Part shown: piece after piece, positions 29,308-38,900 of the stretch
How positions within the stretch are numbered: the first letter of the stretch is position 1
Layout of the letters: every line of letters begins with the position of its first letter
From: an uncultured bacterium
GTDB lineage: Bacteria > Babelota > Babeliae > Babelales > JACPOV01
Length of the DNA: 64,000 nt
Reading direction: 5' to 3'
Assembly: GCA_963744715.1 (NCBI GenBank)
Contig: CAVUUR010000012.1
Coordinates: 1 to 64,000 of the forward strand
Position numbers and translations under genes: made by a program
Notes under the pieces: model-generated
The model's input: the letters and a program-made list of their open reading frames with translations, nothing else
Told to the model about the DNA's origin: nothing
The model's database searches: none

Positions 29308-31731
29308 TTAGTTTTGAACAGTTTTTGCTGTATGGTGCTGAACTATCTGTTTAACATCATCCAACGTTACCGTTAAATGATGTTGCAATACTTGTGCAAG
29401 CGTAGCAAGAGCATCTTTATGATGCGTGAGAAGATCACGAACTGATTGTTCACACTGTTCAACAAGTTGTTCTGCTTTTTGTAGCAGTAACACACGAGTA
29501 TTCTTAGAAAGATCTTCTTCTTTCATGCCTTTAAATACCAGGTATTTTGCAATATCAAATGCATTTTTTCTATCATGGTTATGGTAGGTGTACCCAGTAG
29601 ATCCGCGTATAATTCCTTCAGCAAGGTGTCCTGCTAACGAAATTTTGCATTGTGCTAGCAAACTTTCATACGTTTCGGAGGTCTCAACATCGCTGCGGCG
29701 TGCGACAAAAATTTTGCCATATTCAACCGGTTTTCGTTTTTCTTTTTCATCGTAATGAGTCCAGAACGGTTGTTCCTTTATTTGTGTTTGCACCGGGCGA
29801 ATAGTAACCTTCGTTATTTCATTACTTGGATCTAGGAAGAATGTTGCCAATGCATGCCCAGCTTGATGCACCGCTAAAAGATTTTTTTCTTGTTCGTTAA
29901 TAGTAAGGTTGTCAAAAATAATCTTACGTGCTTGTTCATCAAAAGAATCTTCCAGATCTTGAGCTGTTAATGAATGGCCGTCATTCTTAGCATTAAGCAA
30001 TGCGGTAACAATAATTTTATTAAGGTCTTCAAAAGAACAGCGCTCAGTTTCTTTTGCTAATTTTTCTAGGTATTCAGGATCTACGGTAATGATACCGCGA
30101 TTTTGAAGTTCGCGCATTAAGTAGAGTGCACGTTCTTCCATCGTAGGGTAGTCAAAATCAAGGGTTCTATCAAAACGTCCTGGTTGCAATAATGCATGAT
30201 AGAGTGATTCTGGATTATTGGTTGCACCTAAAAGAATAACCAGAGAATTTGGATCACTCATATAGCCACTCATCACGTTGAGTAATGCTGATAGTGCACT
30301 AACGTCGCCAGTTTTATTTAAGTTAAGCATATCTATTTCGTCGATGAAGATAATGCATGGCTTTTTCTTAGCTTGTTGTTCTCTAATAATAAAGTCTAGC
30401 GTAATGCCGTATGCTTCCTTAAAGTACGCAAGGCGCGAAGCATCTAAGGCTATGAAGGATAATTCATCAATACCTTGAGCTAATAAAACATCTTTAATTT
30501 CACCGGCAAATGCTTCAGCCAAATAACTTTTACCAGTTCGCGTTGGACCAGTGAAGAGAATTCCGGTAGACGGTTTAGTGCCAGTTCTAATAAAAAGTTC
30601 TGGATTTTTTATGAATTCAATTAAACGAGATAACACTGCTTTGTGATTTTCTTTACCAATGATATCAGAAAAACGAGCCTTAGGTTCAGTTAGTAATGAT
30701 TCTTTTTTCATTATTGGACCGCCACGAAGACGGCTACGGAAACTTTCCCATTTATTGCCTGACCAGATTTTAAAACGTTCCCAATCAGGTGACAAATATC
30801 TGAAAATAACTGGTAAGGTAATTATCGGTGTCATGCGCAAATCAGCTAAACCTAATGATAAGCCAATGTATTCTAAACGTGCTAAGTAGCTAGGATTTTC
30901 AGGCATTTGTATATGACCATTTGGACCGATGGAAGGACGTTCGCCAACTACTTCTGAAATTTTAGCTAATGCGTGAGTGGCTGGATTGTTATATTTTTCA
31001 GAAATATGTTCGAATAACTTGTTGCTTGCGCCAATAATAGCATATAACACAAGTCCAGCAGCACCAATTTTTAATACCGTTGAAGTGACCGGATAATTAT
31101 GATTCAGTTTTTCAATGTTGCGATACACTTTATTGAACAATGAAATGCCAACTGATTGTGATTCTTTTTCAAGTGCTGTAATTGCCACCATATTTTGATT
31201 AATTTTTTTATCGAGTATCTCAAGATCGATGGTTGGTTCTTTAATTGTCCTCGTGATAACTTGATCGAGATCGAATTCAGGAAAATGAGTTAAGCCATTT
31301 TTTATAATGGAACGCCAGTAGGTAGTTAAATGTTCTGCTATGCTATTAATAACAACGAGCGTCATCGGGTCGGTTTGAAAATATGCTGCTTGCCCAATTT
31401 GTTTAATAATCATACGAAATTCTGCCAAATGCTGTATTATTTCCGGTTTATTAACATGTTTAAGCTGGTTATTATTAACTATTTGGCCAAGATGTTCTAA
31501 GATAAAATCAAGTTTGTCGTACAATTGCCTGGTTTTTTCCAGACGAGGTTCAAGTATTTCCTGTTGAACTTGTCGCATTTGAGCAATTTCTGAATCGGAT
31601 AGAGCCGGTTCAGCGGTTTGCGTCGATTCAACTGGTGTTGCCGCATACATATACGAAAATTGACTATTATTAATTATTAAAGATAACAATGATAAAAAAA
31701 CTATTTTTTTAATACAATTGCGCAATTTCAT
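29308..31731 (-). CDS. FtsH-like AAA+ ATPase with a degenerate M41 protease site
   Basis: Walker A GPTRTGKS, Walker B IIFIDEID, ATN..PGRFDR, AVHQAGH, SLAGHLAE; long N-terminal exported region. Confidence 0.85.
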   Translation of the reverse strand: MKLRNCIKKIVFLSLLSLIINNSQFSYMYAATPVESTQTAEPALSDSEIAQMRQVQQEILEPRLEKTRQLYDKLDFILEHLGQIVNNNQLKHVNKPEIIQHLAEFRMIIKQIGQAAYFQTDPMTLVVINSIAEHLTTYWRSIIKNGLTHFPEFDLDQVITRTIKEPTIDLEILDKKINQNMVAITALEKESQSVGISLFNKVYRNIEKLNHNYPVTSTVLKIGAAGLVLYAIIGASNKLFEHISEKYNNPATHALAKISEVVGERPSIGPNGHIQMPENPSYLARLEYIGLSLGLADLRMTPIITLPVIFRYLSPDWERFKIWSGNKWESFRSRLRGGPIMKKESLLTEPKARFSDIIGKENHKAVLSRLIEFIKNPELFIRTGTKPSTGILFTGPTRTGKSYLAEAFAGEIKDVLLAQGIDELSFIALDASRLAYFKEAYGITLDFIIREQQAKKKPCIIFIDEIDMLNLNKTGDVSALSALLNVMSGYMSDPNSLVILLGATNNPESLYHALLQPGRFDRTLDFDYPTMEERALYLMRELQNRGIITVDPEYLEKLAKETERCSFEDLNKIIVTALLNAKNDGHSLTAQDLEDSFDEQARKIIFDNLTINEQEKNLLAVHQAGHALATFFLDPSNEITKVTIRPVQTQIKEQPFWTHYDEKEKRKPVEYGKIFVARRSDVETSETYESLLAQCKISLAGHLAEGIIRGSTGYTYHNHDRKNAFDIAKYLVFKGMKEEDLSKNTRVLLLQKAEQLVEQCEQSVRDLLTHHKDALATLAQVLQHHLTVTLDDVKQIVQHHTAKTVQN

Positions 31732-31843
31732 GGCATATCCCTAGATTTTTATGAAAAATTTTTTTATATATACCTACGTTCAAAGTATAGCTGATAATTT
31801 AATTTTGTCATTAAAAAGATAGGGCATTATAAAGAGGCACAAC

Positions 31844-31873
31844 AAAAAAAGGGCCCCCAAAGAGAGCCCTTTT
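31844..31873 (-). terminator. Intrinsic terminator
   Basis: AAAAGGGC..GCCCTTTT hairpin with an A tract on the plus strand. Confidence 0.65.
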
Positions 31874-31896
31874 GCCTAATAATCAAAAAAAAGTTA

Positions 31897-32358
31897 TTAG
31901 CAGGTAGCAGATTCAGATATGCCTGCAAAATCCTTAATTGTTTGACCATGTGCTTCAATAAATGATTTTATAATCAATACGGTTATCATAGTGTCAAATA
32001 CTTTGTTGCCAACTTCTTTAGATGCTTCTACCAGTAATTCATAGAGTGAATCTTCATTATTTCTTACAAAAATATTGCGCAATTCTTGGCGCGCAAAATA
32101 GGCACTGAGCAATGCAACATACGGTAGCATGTGGCGTGCATTACGCATAATTTTTTTTGCATATGATTGCTGAGTGGCTGGAAGATTTTTAACCACAACA
32201 GGTCTTTCCACAGCTTTTGTGGGTGCTGCAGCATGCATTGTTACATTAGCACAAAATATAGTTAATAATAACATTGACCGAGAATAAGAAAAATAATTCA
32301 TTGTGTACCTTTTGGTATAGTGATTATAATGAGTAAAAAATATGTGTTCTTTGTGCAA
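31897..32358 (-). CDS. Hypothetical exported or membrane protein; real start probably near 32301
   Basis: Signal-like segment ending MHA; followed by a terminator. Confidence 0.6.
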   Translation of the reverse strand: MHKEHIFFTHYNHYTKRYTMNYFSYSRSMLLLTIFCANVTMHAAAPTKAVERPVVVKNLPATQQSYAKKIMRNARHMLPYVALLSAYFARQELRNIFVRNNEDSLYELLVEASKEVGNKVFDTMITVLIIKSFIEAHGQTIKDFAGISESATC

Positions 32359-32439
32359 AAAACTGTATATGATCGGGATTTATTTGTCAAGAATGAGTAT
32401 TGTCGAGTACAATGAAATAAATTAATACAGTTTTACAGG

Positions 32440-33915
32440 GTGAATATGATGAAAAAATTAAACGTAATATTGTTGGTTGGTGTTCTTTCTATTGCTAGTT
32501 TTGCAGTGGGTTTTAGTTTAAAAAAATGGTGGCCTTTTGCTACAACATCATTAAATATCAATATGCAAGAAGCGTTGCAAACAAAAAATATTGTTCCTAT
32601 TGTTGTTATTGGCGCAGGGCCTGCGGGATATGGTGCGGCCGGGTATGCTGCGCGAGAACGAGTGAAGACCATAGTTATTTTAGGCAATAAACCAGGAGGA
32701 GCATTGACCGAAACAACCTATATAGAAAATTGGCCGGGAGAAGGTAAAATTATGGGCTCCGATTTAATGACCAATTTGCAGCAGTGGGCAAAAAAATTTG
32801 GTGCTGAAATGATCGCTGACAGCGTACAAGAACTTAATCTCAATCAGTGGCCTTTTAAAATAACCTTAGAAAATGGTAAAGCGTTGTACGCATTGGCCGT
32901 TATTATCGCTACCGGATCAATACCAAATAAATTACAAATTCCTGGTGAAGATACCTATTGGGGTAAAGGAGTGACAACCTGTTCGTTATGCGATGCGCCA
33001 TATCATAAAGATCAAGATGTCGTAGTAATTGGCGGTGGCGATTCTGCCATTGAAGAAGCAATGCAATTATCTGCCTATGCAAAAAAAGTTATAATATTAG
33101 TGAGAGGTTCTGCTATGCGCGCTTCTGCAAGCATGCAACAACATTTAACTGAATATCCCAATATTGAAGTTCGTTTTAATATCAGCGTGAAAAGCATAGA
33201 AGGGGATGGCAACAAGGTAACCGGTATTACCATTCAGGATAATACCACCAAAACAACCAGTCCCATGCCTATCAGCGGTGTATTTTTGGCAATTGGGCAC
33301 CTGCCAAACATAAAAATTTTTCAATCGTACGTTACGTTCGATAAGCAGGGATATATTGTATTGCCAGATCGCACGCAAAAAACTTTTATACCAGGAGTAT
33401 TCATTGCCGGCGATGTTGCAGATAATAGATATCGTCAAGCAATAACTGCCGGAGGTGATGGCGTCAAGGCGGGCATTGATGCGGTTAAATTTTTGCAAGA
33501 GCATGGCTTTTCTAATCAAATTGCTCAGGCAATGGAACCGAATTTTTTTAATAGTGAAGCGGAAGGCTCATTGCACGTTACTGAAATAAAGACGCTTAAG
33601 GAATTAGAAGAAATATTTGATGATAATGAAGGGTTAGTAGCCGTTGATTTTTATGCGCCTTATTGCCCAAGTTGCATGCGTATGCTTCCAGCCGTTGAAG
33701 CGGTTGGTTATCAACTGGTTGATCAAGTTACCTTTGTTAAAGTTGACATGAGTTCTAGCAATGAATTAGCTGATTACTATCACGTTCCATCAGTGCCATG
33801 TTTACTGGTATTTAAAGATAAAAAATTAATTGCTCGCTATAACGAAGCCATGAGTAAAAAAGAATTATATGATTTTATGATAAATCTTATACAAAAAGGT
33901 GAAGAACAATCGTAG
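32440..33915 (+). CDS. trxB: Thioredoxin reductase fused to a C-terminal thioredoxin, with an N-terminal signal or anchor
   Basis: GAGPAG, IENWPG, CSLCD, GGGDSA, GDV..YRQA; C-terminal DFYAPYCPSC..SVP. Confidence 0.9.
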   Translation: MNMMKKLNVILLVGVLSIASFAVGFSLKKWWPFATTSLNINMQEALQTKNIVPIVVIGAGPAGYGAAGYAARERVKTIVILGNKPGGALTETTYIENWPGEGKIMGSDLMTNLQQWAKKFGAEMIADSVQELNLNQWPFKITLENGKALYALAVIIATGSIPNKLQIPGEDTYWGKGVTTCSLCDAPYHKDQDVVVIGGGDSAIEEAMQLSAYAKKVIILVRGSAMRASASMQQHLTEYPNIEVRFNISVKSIEGDGNKVTGITIQDNTTKTTSPMPISGVFLAIGHLPNIKIFQSYVTFDKQGYIVLPDRTQKTFIPGVFIAGDVADNRYRQAITAGGDGVKAGIDAVKFLQEHGFSNQIAQAMEPNFFNSEAEGSLHVTEIKTLKELEEIFDDNEGLVAVDFYAPYCPSCMRMLPAVEAVGYQLVDQVTFVKVDMSSSNELADYYHVPSVPCLLVFKDKKLIARYNEAMSKKELYDFMINLIQKGEEQS

Positions 33916-33922
33916 TTATTCA

Positions 33923-34522
33923 CTACAGGGATTGTTCTTGTATTGTATCATTGTTTTCATCAGGAAGGTGATCTAATCTGCAAAAATTTTGATGCTTTTT
34001 ATATAATTGTTTAAGTGCCACTGGATCATATGATTTGATTATCTCAGTGCAATCTTTACATTGTTTTTTTATAATTGTCTTTTTAGTAATATTTTTTTCT
34101 TGAAAATAAAGCGTATTTTTTATAGTACATTTTTTGGAGGCGCAATGTTTATCGACATTGTATTTTAATTTTTTAATACTCTTATTACTCGTTATTGTTG
34201 CTCCACATTTACATAGAAAATTATATCGTTGTTGTCTACTAGGTAAGCTGAAAATCTCATTTTGTAATGCGGTTTTTGAAATATTTTCAGTGTTTACACT
34301 ATGAATACTTTCTAAGTGTCTAAAAACTTTGCTGGGCAAGTCTGATTTTTTTGGATCGGTTCTCGTGAATATTGAGTTACAAGATCTGATAGGACAAAGT
34401 ATAGCTAATAAACCTTTAGATTTGGTGGTTGCTGCCATATTCGTATCATCAATTTCCATACCAAACAATACCAGAGTATGGCATATAAAAATCATTCCTA
34501 GAATATAGTGAATCATAGTCAA
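33923..34522 (-). CDS. Exported basic protein with three Cys/His zinc-finger-like units
   Basis: Signal peptide ending FG-MEI; CPIRSC..HLESIH, CKC..HCASKKC, CKDC..HQNFC. Confidence 0.65.
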   Translation of the reverse strand: MTMIHYILGMIFICHTLVLFGMEIDDTNMAATTKSKGLLAILCPIRSCNSIFTRTDPKKSDLPSKVFRHLESIHSVNTENISKTALQNEIFSLPSRQQRYNFLCKCGATITSNKSIKKLKYNVDKHCASKKCTIKNTLYFQEKNITKKTIIKKQCKDCTEIIKSYDPVALKQLYKKHQNFCRLDHLPDENNDTIQEQSL

Positions 34523-34733
34523 AACCCTCTATGTGTTAGTTTTAAATTTTTTATTGAATATTACCGTTTATTGTAGGAAAAACAAATACATTAATAAGAA
34601 AATTTGCTTTTTCAGGTAAAAATAATAATGTTTCAGGCCTGTTTTCGATTGTTTTAATAAAATTATTGCAGTTAGAAAATTTTAAATGCTACTCTAAGAC
34701 TGTAAAACAATACTATCAATTGCAAAAAAGTGA

Positions 34734-35798
34734 TTGAGTGGAGTAGTAATGAAAAATGTCGCAAGAATATGCTATTTTTTGTATGCTGCAGTGATTAATT
34801 TTTCTCTGTGTTATATACATTTAACTAGTGCAGGGCCGGTAAATATAGTATTTGATAAACAATATAAGTATTTAGATGGTGGTTCAATTGAGCCGGTAAG
34901 TTTTTACGCTAAAGAAAATGAAGAGGCTACCAAATTAATTTTGCGGCAGGGATTATTATTTAAACAACCACATGCTCGAGCAACCATAGTAGTATGTCAC
35001 GGATTTATGTGTGATAAATTTGATATCGGATTTATTCGAAGAATGTTATTTCCTTCGTACAATGTTTTGATGTTTGATTTTCGAGCCCATGGTGAACATA
35101 TTGATCCTAGCCATTGTTGTACCTTTGGGCGCGATGAAGCGTATGATGTGTTGGGTGCCGTTTCTTATATTAAATCACGCGAAGATATTGGTTCTTTGCC
35201 ATTAATTGCCTACGGTTTTTCGATGGGTGCAGTTGCGGCCATTCAGGCACAATCATTGCACTGTCAAAGTTGCAAAAAAGACCCATCGCACCCCCTCTTT
35301 AATGCCATGATTTTAGATTGTCCTTATGATTCAAGCGAAAATGTTATTAAAAAGGGATTAGAAAATTTAAAAATTACATTATTTGGTTATACGTTTTATC
35401 TTCCGGGTCGATATCTTTTACAAAAATATGCGTTTAATCCGTATGTTCAAACCCTTTTGAAGGCACTTTTAAAAACAATTTCGCATATGGATGCCACCGC
35501 TACCAACACCTATATTTATCCGTTAACACCGGCTGAATCAATAAAAAATATTTCTATTCCCTGTTTTTTTATTCATTGTCGTAATGATGAAAAAGTTTCA
35601 GTTCAAGCCGTAAAAAATGTGTATGAGCATGCAGCGGGATATAAAAGATTATGGGTCACTGAAGGAAGGCGTCATTTTGATTCGCTTTTTTATTATCCAG
35701 AGAAATATCATTATAAAGTAGAACGGTTTATCGATGATGTCCTTAATGATCGATTGGCTGCTAAAGAACAACAAAAAATTATATACGACATACTATAG
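34734..35798 (+). CDS. Alpha/beta hydrolase
   Basis: HGF oxyanion motif, FDFRAHG, nucleophile elbow GFSMG, downstream Asp and His candidates. Confidence 0.88.
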   Translation: MSGVVMKNVARICYFLYAAVINFSLCYIHLTSAGPVNIVFDKQYKYLDGGSIEPVSFYAKENEEATKLILRQGLLFKQPHARATIVVCHGFMCDKFDIGFIRRMLFPSYNVLMFDFRAHGEHIDPSHCCTFGRDEAYDVLGAVSYIKSREDIGSLPLIAYGFSMGAVAAIQAQSLHCQSCKKDPSHPLFNAMILDCPYDSSENVIKKGLENLKITLFGYTFYLPGRYLLQKYAFNPYVQTLLKALLKTISHMDATATNTYIYPLTPAESIKNISIPCFFIHCRNDEKVSVQAVKNVYEHAAGYKRLWVTEGRRHFDSLFYYPEKYHYKVERFIDDVLNDRLAAKEQQKIIYDIL

Positions 35799-35822
35799 AT
35801 GACATCCTCTTTTTCATTCGCT

Positions 35823-35858
35823 GCCAGCGCAGAGATTTTTTTCTGTGCTGGTTTTTTT
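35823..35858 (+). terminator. Intrinsic terminator
   Basis: GCCAGCGCAGA..TCTGTGCTGGT followed by a T tract. Confidence 0.7.
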
Positions 35859-35960
35859 ATAAAATAGGTTTTTATCAAAAAACTATTGCATCATGATTAA
35901 TCTGCTTGTTACGTTTATGCAGAATTCTATGAATTTTGCTATAAAAAAGGAAAGCTTCTT

Positions 35961-38900
35961 ATGAATAAAATAAGATATTTAGTAGTTATTACCGGGTTAT
36001 TACTGAGCACTATTTGTATTAACACTATATATTCAATGGGGGCGCTTGGTGAAGAAGTTGTTGGAAGAGCAGCTACTGAGGCATTAGGGGAAGGTGCCAT
36101 GGAAGGTTTAGAAAAAGGAGCTGTAGAATCATTAGCAAAAAGGGTTGCTGATGAAATGGGCGTAAGTGTTGAAGAAATTGGTGCATTACCGGAAGAAACG
36201 AAAGCTGCTTTTCAAGAACGATTGGCCCAGGCATTTAAAGAAGTGAGAATTGAAGGTGGTGTCTTTAAATTTCCTGATGAAACCTTGTTTAAAAATACTA
36301 TTGCTGATGTGCGAGGAAAATTTGTTGGTGATGTCAGAAGTATCGCTGAACAACAATCAGGGTTTTCAAGTTTAAAAGAAGAGGCGCTAAAAAAATTTGG
36401 CGTTCAACAAGAGCTTTTTGAGCGCTTTCCTTATAAGCCAAAAGTGCCTGAAGTGCCAGGATTTAAAGGAGTTGAGGGTGAAGTGTCCTCTGCTGAAAAA
36501 CAACTTGAAAATGTGCACACTCAGTTGGCTGATGCAAAAGATAACCTTTCCTATGCAAAAAGTATTAAAGATGAAGGAGCGATCAAAACAGCACAAGAAC
36601 ATGTTGAGGGTTTGGAAAAGCAGTTCAATGAATTGGATAATAAAATAATTGGCCAAAAAGAAGCATTGGTAAAAAGTGCCGAGCAAGAAGTATCAAAAGC
36701 GGATAAGGTCCTTGAGCAAGCAAAAGCAAAAGGTGATCCAGCGGCCATTGAAAAAGCAGAAATTAATAAAGCGGAAGTTAACAACAATTTAGAAATTAAA
36801 AAAGAAGAAGCAGTGTTGGCTAAGCGAAAAAGCCTTGCGAGTAAATATGAAGAGGCGAAAAAGACAAAAACAGCATCTGAAACGAGTGTAAAGGAAGCAC
36901 AAGAAGATCTTAAAGCTGCTCAAAAGACCGGTGATACAGAAAAAATTGGAAAGGCGCAAAAAGCATTAACCGATGCTCAAGAAGCCGATCATGTAGCGGG
37001 AGAGGACTTAAGTAAAGCTGAAAAAGAATTTCTTGAAACTAAAAGTGAATGGTCGTATGAAAGGCTTAAAGGCAGAGCAAAATCATTATTAGTTGAGCAT
37101 ATAGTAAATGGGGTTGTTGGAGGATTTGCTTTTTCCATTCCCAACATTATTATTCAAGTTATTGAAGGAGCAATGAATATTCGTGGATTACAAGATCAAC
37201 TTAAGCGCCCTCAAAGGTTTGGTGGCGTGTGGATGCAAATTCCGAGTGATTTGATTAATTATGCAGTTCCTGCATCATCAAAATACATTTACGTTGGCTT
37301 AGAAAAAAAAGCAACCGACGATGTGCCAAATCATGTTGATGATGCTGATACCGATTCCTATTTTAAAAAAGCAAATTTTTATCTTTCAATTAATGATTAT
37401 GATGAATATGCAGCAGCAGCGATTACTGATCCAAACTTTCCTAATGCGATGGTGCATGCCAATACCGGGTATCATTTTGCAAGTGATGGATTGCCCTATG
37501 ATCCAACAACGCCGGTGGTACCGCTCCTTGAAGCTACGCAGCGAGCAAAAAGTTTGCAAGTTCATTTAGACGATCAAGCAGGACAAGTTTTACGCGGGGT
37601 TTCGGGTGAAATTTATAACGGTGAATTACGCTGGGAACAAACGGGATACAAAGGGAATAAAACTATCGCTGATCGTTTTGATCAAACAAAAAACAAGAAC
37701 ATTCCTTATGATATCAAACCGCCCAATGCCTACGGCGAAGTATTAACTCCAGCAGTCCAATTAGGCCCAATTTTTTTTGGGCCGTATACCATCGAACCAA
37801 TAACCGCATTATCTGATAAATCAATACAAAAAATTGCTAATTCTACTAAAGTTAAAGGGCCACTTAATCTACCTTATATTGCCCTTAAACAATACGGCTA
37901 TCAAACGGCAGATACTCCTTTGATTCAGATGATCATAAAAAATACTGAAGATACGGCTACCAAAGCGTATATAAAAGATTATATTGTCGCATTCGATCGT
38001 GAATATCGCCAGATTCCGTTACATACGCCGTTAACTACGAGTGAATATGGCTTTGCTAGTTATGCCTTGAATCCTAATGTGATGGTTATAGGTAGTTTGC
38101 TTTCAGAAAAAATGTACGATAAAAGCGGTAAAGAACTAACCGATCAATTAATTGATACATCAAAATTATTAGGGCAAGCGCTGGGTTCATTTGAGGTTGA
38201 TCTGCAGAGTCAGATTATTGTTATGAAACAATATGTAAAAGAAAAATCGGATGAATTAAAAGAAAAAATGAAATATGGCCCTATCAGCATTGGTAGCTTC
38301 ACTCTGAGTATTCCAAAAGAATTATTTGATAAAGGAGTTTATGTATACACTATACCAAAAGCTCTTGAAGATGGTTCATCTGACTATGTAGTTGCAATGG
38401 CGCTCAATGCTGAAAAGCATCCAGTTGTATCGCCATTGCCTAATGATAACGTAATAACGTTTATCAGTTTGATAACATCCCGCTTTTATGACAACGTACT
38501 AGTTCCTTATGATAAAGCGCATGCTGGTCAAAAAGATACCAGCTATATCGTATATAAACAACCTAATGGAGCATTTATGCTTGCAACGGGGGCTGCTAAT
38601 GAAACGTATGGGGAGCAGTTATTTTCTGGCAAAGCACCATTGTATTCCATTTTTATGGATGCAACCATTAACCCCAATAAACCTACGAGTGAACAACAAG
38701 CTTTGTTACGTAAAAACGGCGCGACAGAACAAGAAAGTACATTATTACCACTGCCAGAACAATGGGCTTTATCCAATAGGGGGCCTGTCGTTGATGCGGC
38801 AAATAATGTGCGCATCGGCGATCTTATAACAAAAGTTGCTCCCGATTTTCAAAAACTACTCAACAAAGTATTTAGTAGTTGGAGAGTTTACATGGAGAAA

